Shown: positions 17,343 through 26,292, counted from the stretch's first letter. The stretch is DNA of 32,000 nucleotides from Sinorhizobium meliloti (GCF_017876815.1 NZ_JAGIOS010000001.1:1200001-1232000); one strand, 5' to 3'. Program-made: numbers and translations. Notes: a model not told the origin generated them from the sequence alone.

Positions 17343-17389
17343 AGTAACTAATCGGTTACTTTGTGGCAGAGGAGAATCACACTTGTCAA
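17343..17389 (-). promoter_or_regulatory. candidate promoter (-35 TTGACA) plus palindromic operator for the 17291->11352 operon
   Basis: The minus strand reads TTGACA (17389->17384), then 24 nt, then AGTAAC-cgatta-GTTACT, a perfect 6+6 dyad at 17343-17360. No convincing -10 hexamer is visible. It sits in an AT-rich patch 52 nt upstream of the start codon. Confidence 0.5.
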
Positions 17390-17413
17390 CAAAAAAAACG
17401 ACATGTGCCTGGA

Positions 17414-18091
17414 TCAGCGCCGGATCGATGCCAGCGTGACATGGACGATATGGCGCTGCCAGACGTCGAGATTGCTCTTGTCCATGAGGTCGCGGCCGAA
17501 GATCGTCGAGAGCGTGTATTGGTTGGAAAGGTAGAAATAGCCGAGGGCGGCGATCGTCAGATAGAGGTTCAGCGGGTCGACATCGGGCCGAAAGAGGCCG
17601 CCGGCCTTGCCGCGCTGGAGAAGGTCGGAGAGCTTGTCTATGAAGCTCGAATGCAGTTCCTTTAGACGCGTCGACTGACGCAGCCAGCGGGCCCGGTGCA
17701 GGTTTTCGGTGCCGAGGAGACTGAGGAACTCCGGATGCTCCAGGAAGTAGCCCCAGGTGAACATGGCGAGCTCGGCAATTCCCTGTTCAGGTTCCAAGTC
17801 GCTGAGGTTTAAGGATTTTTCCGCCGTTCTTATGCCGACATAGGCCTCTTCCAGGACCGCGAGATAAAGCTGCTCCTTGTCGCCGAAGTAGTGGTAGAGC
17901 ATGCGCTTGTTGATGCCCGCCCTCTCGGCGATGGCATCGACGCGGGCGCCGCCTATGCCGTTTTCGGCGAACTCCCGGGTCGCAGCGGCGAGGATCGATG
18001 CGCGCGTGCGCTCGGGGTCGCGCTGCAGCGTCCGTTCCGCCCGCCCCCCGGACCCGTTCCTCCCCTTCGCTCCGTCTCGCATCTTCTCCAT
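17414..18091 (-). CDS. TetR/AcrR-family transcriptional regulator
   Basis: HTH region ILAAATREFAENGIGGARVDAIAERAGINKRMLYHYFGDKEQLY. I prefer the start at MEKMRDG (ATG 18089-18091) because GGAGG lies 9 nt upstream. The ATG at 18148 (track start) has no SD and is the alternative. Confidence 0.85.
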   Translation of the reverse strand: MEKMRDGAKGRNGSGGRAERTLQRDPERTRASILAAATREFAENGIGGARVDAIAERAGINKRMLYHYFGDKEQLYLAVLEEAYVGIRTAEKSLNLSDLEPEQGIAELAMFTWGYFLEHPEFLSLLGTENLHRARWLRQSTRLKELHSSFIDKLSDLLQRGKAGGLFRPDVDPLNLYLTIAALGYFYLSNQYTLSTIFGRDLMDKSNLDVWQRHIVHVTLASIRR

Positions 18092-18187
18092 CACACGCAA
18101 CCTCCGCATCCTCTTGCCTTTAGCGGCATTCGGGTGCAACTTTGTCATAATAATTTACAAGTCAATGATAGTTCCGCACACAACTGC

Positions 18188-18232
18188 TTGACAGGATCAT
18201 TGCTTGTCCATAACTTGTAACCAAATAGTTAT
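18188..18232 (+). promoter_or_regulatory. candidate sigma70-type promoter plus operator for the ABC/oxidoreductase operon
   Basis: TTGACA (18188-18193), a 17-nt spacer, then TAACTT (18211-18216). This is followed directly by GTAAC-caaata-GTTAT (18217-18232), which has the same half-sites and 6-nt spacing as the 17343-17360 dyad. Confidence 0.5.
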
Positions 18233-18285
18233 TTGTTGCAAGAGGCCGGAACGTTGTGGAGGCGTTCCGAAGGGAGGAGGAACAG

Positions 18286-19569
18286 ATGACGCATAAGATC
18301 AGCAGGCGAAATGTACTCGCGGGAGGGGCGGCACTTCTTTCGATGTCCGCACTGGCGCCCGCCTTTGCGCAGGAGGCGCGGCTGCGGGTGCTCTGGTGGG
18401 GTTCGCAGGCCCGTGCCGACCGCACGAACAAGGTCAATCAGCTCTTTCAGGAGCAGAACGCGGGCGTCGCCATCAATGGCGAATTCCTCGGCTGGAGCGA
18501 CTACTGGCCACGGCTTGCGACCCAGGTCGCCGGGCGCAATGCGCCCGACATCATCCAGATGGACTATCGCTACATCGTCGAATATGCCCGGCGCGGCGCG
18601 CTCGCGCCCCTCGACGACTATCTCGGCTCCGTGCTCAAGGTCGAGGATTTCGACCAGGTGCAGATCAAGGGCGGCAGCGTCGAAGGCAAGCTCTACGGCA
18701 TCAGCCTCGGCGCCAACTCGGCAGCGATGATGGTCAATGCCGCCGCTTTCGAGGAAGCCGGCATTGAACTTCCGACGCCGTCAACGACCTGGGATGAGAT
18801 GGCGCGAATCGGCGCCGAGATCACCAAGGCAGGCAAGCGCAAGGGCTTCTATGGCCTCTCCGACGGCAGCGCGGTCGAGCCGCTTTTCGAAAACTGGCTG
18901 CGCCAGCGCGGCAAGGCACTGTTCACCGCGGACGGCAAGATCGCCTATGATGCGAACGATGCGGCCGAATGGTTCGCCATGTGGCAGAAGATGCGAGAGG
19001 ACAAGGCCTGCGTCCCGCCGGACATCCAGGCGCTCGACCAGTACAATGTGGAGACGAGCCCGCTGTCGCTCGGCAAGGCCGCCGCTTCCTTCGCGCACTC
19101 CAACCAGTTCGTCGCCTATCAGGGCATAAACAAGGACAAGCTGGCGTTGAGAAGCCATCCGCTGATCGGCAAGGATGCGAAGGGCGGCCATTACCGCAAG
19201 CCGTCGATGTTCTTCTCGGTCTCGGCCCAGACCAAGGACCCGGAACTCGGCGCCAAATACGTCAACTTCTTCGTCAAGGATCCGAAAGCCGCCGAAATCC
19301 TGGGCGTCGAGCGCGGCGTACCGGAATCGGCAGCCGTGCGCGAAAAACTGGCGTCGACGCTCGACGAGCTCGGCCGCGCCATGCTCGACTATGTCTCCGG
19401 CCTCGGAGCGCTTGCCGGCGATCTGCCGCCGCCGCCGCCCAGCGGTGCCGGCGAGGCGGAATTCGCTCTGCGCAACGTCGCCGAACAGGTCGGCTTCGGT
19501 CAGCTCGACGCCAAGCAAGGGGGCGAGACGCTGGTGAACGAGGTCAGCCAGATCCTCGCGCGGGGTTAA
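18286..19569 (+). CDS. ABC transporter substrate-binding protein, family 1 (CUT1 carbohydrate type)
   Basis: 427 aa from MTHKISRRNVLAGGAALLSMSALAPAFAQEA, a Tat-like signal peptide, with GGGAGGAGG upstream of ATG 18286. The mature part shows the typical sugar-SBP pattern (LRVLWWGS..., PDIIQMDY, YGISLG.N). Confidence 0.88.
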   Translation: MTHKISRRNVLAGGAALLSMSALAPAFAQEARLRVLWWGSQARADRTNKVNQLFQEQNAGVAINGEFLGWSDYWPRLATQVAGRNAPDIIQMDYRYIVEYARRGALAPLDDYLGSVLKVEDFDQVQIKGGSVEGKLYGISLGANSAAMMVNAAAFEEAGIELPTPSTTWDEMARIGAEITKAGKRKGFYGLSDGSAVEPLFENWLRQRGKALFTADGKIAYDANDAAEWFAMWQKMREDKACVPPDIQALDQYNVETSPLSLGKAAASFAHSNQFVAYQGINKDKLALRSHPLIGKDAKGGHYRKPSMFFSVSAQTKDPELGAKYVNFFVKDPKAAEILGVERGVPESAAVREKLASTLDELGRAMLDYVSGLGALAGDLPPPPPSGAGEAEFALRNVAEQVGFGQLDAKQGGETLVNEVSQILARG

Positions 19570-19574
19570 GGAGG

Positions 19575-20531
19575 ATGGCGGCCGTGCAGGACACCGCTGT
19601 CGCAGTCGGCACGGGCGCGTCTTCGCGCCCGGCCGCACAGGGTCGCCTGGCCAGGATATGGGCAAGCCATGGAGCCGGCTACATGTTCCTGTTGCCATGG
19701 CTCATCGGCTTCTTCGGCCTGACGCTCGGGCCCGCCATCGCGTCACTCTATCTCTCCTTCACGAACTTCGACCTGATCCGCGCGCCGGAATGGATCGGCA
19801 CCGCCAACTACGCGCGCATCGCGACGGCCGACCCGAAGTTCGCCGCTGCCGTCAAGGTGACGTTTCTCTATGTCGTGCTCTCGGTGCCCTTCAAGCTCGC
19901 CTTCGCGCTGCTCGTCGCGATCCTTCTCGACCGCGGCGTCCGGGGGCTCACCGTCTATCGGGCGATCTTCTACCTGCCGTCGCTGCTTGGCGGCAGCGTC
20001 GCTATCGCCGTGCTCTGGCGGCAGCTCTTTGCCGGCGACGGCCTGATCAACAGCCTGCTGGCCCAGTTCGGCATCGAGGGGCCGAGCTGGATCTCGCATC
20101 CGGACTATTCGATATGGACGCTCGTGGTCTTGAGCGTCTGGCAGTTCGGATCGCCGATGATCATCTTCCTCGCGGGCCTTCGGCAGATCCCGACGGACAT
20201 GTACGAGGCGGCAAGCCTCGACGGGGCGTCCAAGTTCCGTCAGTTCTACAAGATCACGCTGCCGCTGCTGACGCCGGTCATCTTCTTCAACGCGGTCGTG
20301 CAGACGATCGACGCCTTCAAGGCCTTCACCCCCGCCTTCATCATTTCCGGCGGCACCGGCGGCCCGATCAACTCGACGCTGTTCTACACTCTTTACCTCT
20401 ACCAGGAGGCCTTCGGTAATTTCCGCATGGGCTACGCCTCGGCGCTTGCCTGGATTCTCGTGCTGATCATCGGGCTGTTCACGGCCTTCTCGTTCCTCAC
20501 CTCTCGCTACTGGGTGCACTACGATGACTGA
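19575..20531 (+). CDS. carbohydrate ABC transporter permease (MalF/UgpA-like)
   Basis: 318 aa from MAAVQD (AAGGAGG upstream of ATG 19575). EAA loop YEAASLDGASKFRQFYKITLPLL; six predicted hydrophobic spans. Confidence 0.88.
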   Translation: MAAVQDTAVAVGTGASSRPAAQGRLARIWASHGAGYMFLLPWLIGFFGLTLGPAIASLYLSFTNFDLIRAPEWIGTANYARIATADPKFAAAVKVTFLYVVLSVPFKLAFALLVAILLDRGVRGLTVYRAIFYLPSLLGGSVAIAVLWRQLFAGDGLINSLLAQFGIEGPSWISHPDYSIWTLVVLSVWQFGSPMIIFLAGLRQIPTDMYEAASLDGASKFRQFYKITLPLLTPVIFFNAVVQTIDAFKAFTPAFIISGGTGGPINSTLFYTLYLYQEAFGNFRMGYASALAWILVLIIGLFTAFSFLTSRYWVHYDD

Positions 20532-21411
20532 CGCGACCATGAGCTCGGTAACCGCCCCGCCGCCGGTCCCGACGGGCCGCCGCGGCCCTGTCGGATCGTT
20601 CCTCGTTCACGCCGCCCTGATCGCCGCCTCGATCGCCATGATCTATCCGCTCCTGTGGATGATCTCGGCCTCGGTCAGGCCGGAGGACGAGATCTTCGCC
20701 TCGACGTCGCTTTGGCCCTCCTCGGTGGACTTTTCCTCCTATGTGCGCGGCTGGTTCGGGCTCGACGTCAGCTTCGGGCGGTTCTTCTGGAACTCGCTGG
20801 TCATTGCGGTCCTCACCGTCGTCGGCAATGTCGTCGCCTGCTCGCTCGCGGCCTATGCCTTCGCGAGGCTGCGCTTCGCGGGGCGGAATTTCTGGTTCGC
20901 GGTCATGCTCGGCACGATGATGATCCCCTATCACGTGACGCTCATTCCCCAATATGTGCTCTTCCTCGATCTCGGCTGGGTGAACACCTTCCTGCCGCTG
21001 GTGGTCCCGAAGTTCCTCGCCAGCGATGCCTTCTTCATCTTCCTGATGGTGCAGTTCTTCCGCGGAATACCGCGCGAACTGGACGAAGCGGCGATGATGG
21101 ACGGCTGCGGCGCCTGGCGCATCTACTGGAAGATCATGCTGCCGCTATCGCTTCCCGTTCTGGCGACGGCCGCCATCTTCTCCTTCATCTGGACCTGGGA
21201 CGATTTCTTCGGGCCGCTGATCTACCTCAACGACATGAACAGCTACACGATCCAGCTCGGCTTGAGGACCTTCGTCGACTCCAGCAGCACCTCCGACTGG
21301 GGCGGGCTCTTCGCCATGTCGACGCTCTCGCTCGTGCCGGTGTTCTTCTTCTTCCTCTTCTTCCAGCGCCTTCTGATCGAGGGCATCGCCACAACCGGCA
21401 TGAAGCGCTGA
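20524..21411 (+). CDS. carbohydrate ABC transporter permease (MalG/UgpE-like)
   Basis: 295 aa with EAA loop LDEAAMMDGCGAWRIYWKIMLPLS. It overlaps the preceding permease by 8 nt; ATG 20539 is an alternative start. Confidence 0.88.
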   Translation: MTDATMSSVTAPPPVPTGRRGPVGSFLVHAALIAASIAMIYPLLWMISASVRPEDEIFASTSLWPSSVDFSSYVRGWFGLDVSFGRFFWNSLVIAVLTVVGNVVACSLAAYAFARLRFAGRNFWFAVMLGTMMIPYHVTLIPQYVLFLDLGWVNTFLPLVVPKFLASDAFFIFLMVQFFRGIPRELDEAAMMDGCGAWRIYWKIMLPLSLPVLATAAIFSFIWTWDDFFGPLIYLNDMNSYTIQLGLRTFVDSSSTSDWGGLFAMSTLSLVPVFFFFLFFQRLLIEGIATTGMKR

Positions 21412-21433
21412 GCGACGGAGCTTGAAAATCATC

Positions 21434-22450
21434 ATGGACGAACTGCGTTTCGCTGCCGTCGGGCTCAACCACAACCACATCTACGGCCAGGTCAACTGCC
21501 TGCTTCGGGCCGGCGCCCGCCTCGCCGGCTTCCACGAGAAGGACGATGCGCTGGCCGCGGAATTTTCCGCCGTCTACGCGGACGCCCGGCGCATCGCGAC
21601 GGCAGAGGAAATCCTCGAGGACGAGAACATCGGCCTCATCGTCTCGGCCGCCGTTTCGAGCGAGCGCGCGGAACTGGCGATCCGTGCCATGCAGCACGGC
21701 AAGGACGTGCTCGTCGACAAGCCGGGCATGACGAGCTTCGACCAGCTCGCCAAGCTGCGCCGGGTCCAGGCCGAGACGGGCCGCATCTTCTCGATCCTCT
21801 ATTCGGAGCATTTCGAGAGCCCGGCCACGGTCAAGGCCGGCGAGCTCGTCGCCGCCGGCGCGATCGGCGAGGTGGTGCACATCGTCGGCCTCGGCCCGCA
21901 CAGGCTGCGCCGCGAGACGCGGCCCGACTGGTTCTTCCGCCGCGCGGACTATGGCGGCATCCTGACCGACATCGCATCGCACCAGTGCGAGCAGTTCCTG
22001 TTCTTCACCGGCGTCAACGACGCGACCGTGCTATCGGCAAGCGTCGGCAACCGAAGCGTTCCCGACGCTCCGGAACTGCAGGATACGGGCAGTATCCACC
22101 TCTCGACGGGGCGGACCACCGGCATGATTCATGTGAACTGGCTGACCCCGGAGGGAATGCCGACCTGGGGTGACGGCCGGCTCTTCATCGTCGGCACCTC
22201 CGGAACGATCGAGGTCCGCAAGACGGTCGATCTCGCCGGCCGCGAAGGCGGCAACCACCTGTTTCTCGCGGACCGCAACGGCGTCGAACATATCGACTGC
22301 TCTCGCGTCGACCTGCCCTTCGGGCGCCAGTTCCTCGCCGACATCCGCGACAGGACCGAAACCGCAATGCCGCAGGAGCGCTGCTTCAAGGCCATGGAGC
22401 TTGCGCTTCAGGCGCAGGCGATCGCCGAACAGAACGGGGACAGGAACTGA
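21434..22450 (+). CDS. Gfo/Idh/MocA-family oxidoreductase with a non-canonical dinucleotide-binding loop
   Basis: 338 aa from MDELRFAAVGLNHNHIYG (ATG 21434; the track start at 21422 is a TTG). The family core is present (DVLVDKPG in place of EKP, and the C-terminal domain), but GLNHNH replaces GxGxxG. Confidence 0.8.
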   Translation: MDELRFAAVGLNHNHIYGQVNCLLRAGARLAGFHEKDDALAAEFSAVYADARRIATAEEILEDENIGLIVSAAVSSERAELAIRAMQHGKDVLVDKPGMTSFDQLAKLRRVQAETGRIFSILYSEHFESPATVKAGELVAAGAIGEVVHIVGLGPHRLRRETRPDWFFRRADYGGILTDIASHQCEQFLFFTGVNDATVLSASVGNRSVPDAPELQDTGSIHLSTGRTTGMIHVNWLTPEGMPTWGDGRLFIVGTSGTIEVRKTVDLAGREGGNHLFLADRNGVEHIDCSRVDLPFGRQFLADIRDRTETAMPQERCFKAMELALQAQAIAEQNGDRN

Positions 22451-22451
22451 C

Positions 22452-23525
22452 ATGAGCGTGAAGACAGTTGCCATCATCGGCTGCGGCATCGGGCGTTCGC
22501 ACATCGTCGAAGGCTATCAGCCGCACCCGGACAAGTTCCGGGTCCAGGCTCTCTGCGACCTCAACGAGGAGCGGCTGAACGAGGTCGGCGACGAATTCGG
22601 CATCGAGCAGCGGACCCGCTCCTTCAACGAACTGCTCGACGACGACAGCATCGACATCATCGACATCTGCACCCCGCCAGGCATCCATCTCGAACAGGTG
22701 CTCGCAGCACTTGCCGCCGGCAAGCATGTGATCTGCGAAAAGCCGCTGACCGGATCGCTCGAGGGCGTCGATGCGATCATGGAAGCCGAGAAAGAGGCCC
22801 GCGGCGTGCTGATGCCGATCTTCCAGTACCGCTATGGCGACGGCATCGAGAAAGCCAAGCGCATCATCGAGGCGGGCATCGCGGGCAAGCCCTATGTCGG
22901 CTCGGTCGAGACGTTCTGGCTGCGCACGCCCGAATATTATTCCGTCCCCTGGCGCGGCAAGTGGGCGACGGAGCTCGGCGGCGTGCTCGTCACCCACGCG
23001 CTGCATCTGCACGATATGATGCTGCATCTTCTCGGCCCGGTGGCGCGCGTATTCGGCCGCGTCGCGACCCGGGTCAACGACATCGAGGTCGAGGATTGCG
23101 CCTCGGCGAGCCTGCTCATGAAGAACGGCGCCTTCGTTTCGCTTTCCTGTACGCTCGGCTCGCAGGAGCAGATCAGCCGGCTCAGGCTGCATTTCGAGAA
23201 CGTCACCTTCGAAAGCAGCCACGAACCCTATGCGCCGGGTAAGGATCCGTGGAAGATCATCGCGGCAAATGACGAAGTGCAGGCGCGGATAGACGAAGTG
23301 ACCGGCGACTGGCGCCCGGTCTCGCCACGCTTTACCACCCAGATGGCGCATTTCCACGATTTCCTGAGCGGCAGGGGACCCCTGCCCGTGACGACGCAGG
23401 ACGCGCGCCGCGCACTGGAACTGGTCACCGCGATCTATCAATCCGCCGATACCGGCCGCGAAATTGAGTTACCGCTTGGGCCGGACAGCCCGAAATATGC
23501 CGATTGGCGTGCGAATACCCGATAA
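22452..23525 (+). CDS. Gfo/Idh/MocA-family oxidoreductase
   Basis: 357 aa from [17 protein letters not shown] (canonical GxGxxG). EKP motif [11 protein letters not shown] 22452 lies 1 nt after the preceding stop. Confidence 0.87.
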   Translation: MSVKTVAIIGCGIGRSHIVEGYQPHPDKFRVQALCDLNEERLNEVGDEFGIEQRTRSFNELLDDDSIDIIDICTPPGIHLEQVLAALAAGKHVICEKPLTGSLEGVDAIMEAEKEARGVLMPIFQYRYGDGIEKAKRIIEAGIAGKPYVGSVETFWLRTPEYYSVPWRGKWATELGGVLVTHALHLHDMMLHLLGPVARVFGRVATRVNDIEVEDCASASLLMKNGAFVSLSCTLGSQEQISRLRLHFENVTFESSHEPYAPGKDPWKIIAANDEVQARIDEVTGDWRPVSPRFTTQMAHFHDFLSGRGPLPVTTQDARRALELVTAIYQSADTGREIELPLGPDSPKYADWRANTR

Positions 23526-23548
23526 AGGCCGCAGGGAGGGACTTTGAC

Positions 23549-24631
23549 ATGGCGACGAGCGTCGTTCTTCAGAAGGTCGAGAAGCGCTACGGCGCGCTCG
23601 ACGTGATCCACGGCATCGACCTGACCATAGACCCCGGCGAGTTCGCCGTCTTCGTGGGTCCGTCCGGTTGCGGCAAGTCGACGCTGCTCAGAATGATCGC
23701 CGGACTGGAGGAGATTTCCGGCGGCACGCTGATGCTCGACAGCGACCGGATGAACGAAGTGGCACCCGCCAGACGCGGCATTGCCATGGTGTTCCAGTCC
23801 TATGCGCTCTATCCGCACATGTCGGTCTACAAGAATCTCGCTTTCGGCCTCGAAACGGCCGGCTTCAAGAAGGCCGAAATCGAGCCGAAGGTGCGCCGGG
23901 CGGCCGAGATCCTGCAGATCGAAAAGCTGCTCGACCGCAAGCCGAAGGCGCTCTCCGGCGGTCAGCGGCAGCGCGTGGCGATCGGCCGGGCGATCGTGCG
24001 CGAGCCGCGCATCTTCCTCTTCGACGAGCCGCTTTCCAACCTCGACGCCGAACTCCGCGTGCAGATGCGCGTCGAGATCTCGAGGCTTCATCGGGACCTC
24101 GGCAACACCATGATCTATGTGACGCACGATCAGGTGGAGGCCATGACCATGGCCGACAAGATCGTCGTCCTGAATTCCGGCCGAATCGAGCAGGTGGGCG
24201 CACCGCTCGATCTCTACAACAATCCCGTCAACCGCTTCGTCGCCGGCTTCATCGGCAGCCCCAAGATGAATTTCCTCAAGGCGCGGATCGCGGACGTCAC
24301 CGGAAGCGAGACGGCGATCGAGGTCTGCGGCGGAACGATCCGCCTTCCCCGTCGCCTGAACGGTGCGACACAGGGACAGGACGTCACGTTCGGCATCCGG
24401 CCGGAGCATCTTTCCGCGCGCGAGGGCGGTATCGAGCTCGCTACCGTCAATGTCGAGATTGTCGAGAATCTCGGCGGCGAAACCATGCTCTACGGGATCA
24501 CGCCGGATCGCCAGCAGCTGACCGTCGCGCTGGAGGGGCAGCAGAAGGTCGAGCGCGGCTCCAATCTCGCCGTCCACTTCGACCCGTCGCGCTGCCATGT
24601 CTTCGGCGCCGACGGCAGGGCCATGCGATGA
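23549..24631 (+). CDS. ABC transporter ATP-binding protein (MalK/UgpC type)
   Basis: 360 aa from [15 protein letters not shown] (GGGAGGGA upstream of ATG 23549). Walker [10 protein letters not shown], signature LSGGQRQR, Walker [13 protein letters not shown], and a C-terminal MalK-like regulatory/TOBE domain. Confidence 0.92.
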   Translation: MATSVVLQKVEKRYGALDVIHGIDLTIDPGEFAVFVGPSGCGKSTLLRMIAGLEEISGGTLMLDSDRMNEVAPARRGIAMVFQSYALYPHMSVYKNLAFGLETAGFKKAEIEPKVRRAAEILQIEKLLDRKPKALSGGQRQRVAIGRAIVREPRIFLFDEPLSNLDAELRVQMRVEISRLHRDLGNTMIYVTHDQVEAMTMADKIVVLNSGRIEQVGAPLDLYNNPVNRFVAGFIGSPKMNFLKARIADVTGSETAIEVCGGTIRLPRRLNGATQGQDVTFGIRPEHLSAREGGIELATVNVEIVENLGGETMLYGITPDRQQLTVALEGQQKVERGSNLAVHFDPSRCHVFGADGRAMR

Positions 24632-25269
24632 AACTGTTCTACAGCCGCAATCCCAATCCGCGTCTTGCCGTCGCGGTGGCACGCCATCTCGCAGCCGAGG
24701 TCGAGTTCGAGTTCGCCTCGCCCTTCGCGCCGGGGCAGGCGGAACGGTTTCGGCCGCTCAACCCGAACCTTTCGCTGCCGATACTCGTGGAGGCCGGAAA
24801 AAGCCTTTGGGAGGCCGACGCGATCGCCTGCCGGCTTTCACGCGCGATGCAATCGGATTTCTGGCGCATCGGCGACGACGAACCCGACATGGTCCGATGG
24901 ATCAGCTGGGGCAAGGAAAACTTCGTACGAGCTTGCGACATGGTGCAGTTCGAGCGCGGCACGAAGCAGCGCTATGGGCTCGGCCCGATCGACCAGCAGC
25001 TGGTCGAGGAGGGGCTGAGCATGTTCCGTACGGCAGCGGCGATACTCGATATGGAGCTTTCCGGGCGGAACTGGCTGGTCGGAGGCGCCGTGTCCCATGC
25101 GGATTTCCGAATGGCGACCTTTCTGCCCTTCAACGATGCCGCCGGGCTGCCGCTTGGCGATTATCCCAACATCTGCCGCTGGATTGACCGGCTCGAGGAG
25201 ATCGATGCCTGGCGCGATCCCTTCAGGGGACTGGATGCGCCCGAACTGCCGCCTGTCCCGGAGCGCTGA
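24628..25269 (+). CDS. glutathione S-transferase-family protein
   Basis: 213 aa, [17 protein letters not shown].... The N-terminus is thioredoxin-like ([21 protein letters not shown]) and the C-terminus is a helical GST_C-like domain (W..G...S.AD......L). Its ATG overlaps the ATPase stop (ATGA at 24628-24631). Confidence 0.78.
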   Translation: MKLFYSRNPNPRLAVAVARHLAAEVEFEFASPFAPGQAERFRPLNPNLSLPILVEAGKSLWEADAIACRLSRAMQSDFWRIGDDEPDMVRWISWGKENFVRACDMVQFERGTKQRYGLGPIDQQLVEEGLSMFRTAAAILDMELSGRNWLVGGAVSHADFRMATFLPFNDAAGLPLGDYPNICRWIDRLEEIDAWRDPFRGLDAPELPPVPER

Positions 25270-25289
25270 TCGGACCGCAGACGCCAGCC

Positions 25290-26174
25290 TCAAATCCAAC
25301 GATCGTCGAAGCGGTGGACGGCCACACCCGCCACGGGGCTTCTTGCGACAAAAATGCCGCCGGAGCGGTTTTCCTTGCCGATGCCCGCGGGCCGCAGCGA
25401 CGTGACGAGAAGCGTCTTCAAGTCCGGTCCGGCGAAGCAGGGCATGGTCGGCGCCGGCACCGGAAAGCGGTGCGTCCCGACAAGGCGGCCTTCGGGCGAG
25501 AAGCGATTGACGATGCCCGCCGACACGCCGGCGCTCCAGTAATGGGCTTCCGCGTCGGTGGCGGCTCCGTCCGGCCGGCCGCTCGCCTCGTCCAGGCTTG
25601 CCAGCCGCCTGCGCCCGGAAAGCGCGCCCGTTGCGGGATCGAACTGCCAGCGGTCGATCCAGGCCCCGCGCGAATCCGAGTGAAACAGAAGGGAACCGTC
25701 GCCGCTCCAGGCGAGGCCGTTGGAGCAGACCACGCCTTCCACCTTGCGTTCCACCGCGCCCTCGGGCGAGACGCGGTAGAGCGACGCGACGGGGCGGCGG
25801 TCGGGCACATCGTGCATCGTCCCCACCCAGAAGGCGCCGTCCGGTCCCACCTTGCCGTCGTTGAGACGCGTATCCGCAATGTCCGGCTCGATCGCGGCGA
25901 TTTCCCTGGTGACCGCGCCGGCGTCGGGATCGAACAGAACCACGCGATCGCGCTGCGCCAGAACGAGGCGTCCGGAGCGCGCAAGGCCGGTGCTGCAGGC
26001 GCCGCCCTCGATGGTCCATTCGACGTGGCCGGCGCCTGAAAGATCGACGCGATGAAGGGCGCTGCGGCCGATATCGACGAAGAACAGGCAGTTCCGGCGC
26101 TCATCGAAAACCGGGCTTTCGGCGACGTCGCAGCGCGAATCCAGAAGACACTCAAATGTTAAATCGAAAGACAT
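25290..26174 (-). CDS. SMP-30/gluconolactonase/LRE-family lactonase
   Basis: 294 aa with ESPVFDE, LNDGKVGPDGAFWVGTM, CSNGLAWS and PDGAATD, typical six-bladed propeller lactonase motifs. Convergent with the GST gene across a 20-nt gap. Confidence 0.88.
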   Translation of the reverse strand: MSFDLTFECLLDSRCDVAESPVFDERRNCLFFVDIGRSALHRVDLSGAGHVEWTIEGGACSTGLARSGRLVLAQRDRVVLFDPDAGAVTREIAAIEPDIADTRLNDGKVGPDGAFWVGTMHDVPDRRPVASLYRVSPEGAVERKVEGVVCSNGLAWSGDGSLLFHSDSRGAWIDRWQFDPATGALSGRRRLASLDEASGRPDGAATDAEAHYWSAGVSAGIVNRFSPEGRLVGTHRFPVPAPTMPCFAGPDLKTLLVTSLRPAGIGKENRSGGIFVARSPVAGVAVHRFDDRWI

Positions 26175-26292
26175 GTTTCACACCATGGGCCCGGGCCGCT
26201 GCCAGGAGAAATGCGTACAGAGGCGCTTAAAGTCCATATTTGAATTCGTTGCCGCAGGTGTTTGCTCTATCATTGCTCTTGCCCTCGCTCAA

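Noticed and set aside
17380-17407. Imperfect palindrome CACTTGTC-aacaaaaaaaac-GACATGTG just downstream of the TetR gene stop; considered as a tetR terminator
   Set aside because: On the minus strand the T-run lies in the loop rather than after the stem, and the stem has a mismatch. The left arm is better explained as part of the -35 region (TTGACA) of the downstream operon promoter.
9171-17439. Antisense or alternative-frame ORFs over the metal ATPase and the minus-strand sugar operon (for example 9800-10816 plus, 10305-10871 minus, 11586-13310 plus, 13685-14365 plus, 14402-15121 plus, 15201-16739 plus, 15724-16764 minus, 16890-17306 plus)
   Set aside because: Each overlaps a gene with clear family motifs in another frame or strand. 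The translations are compositionally biased with no motifs.
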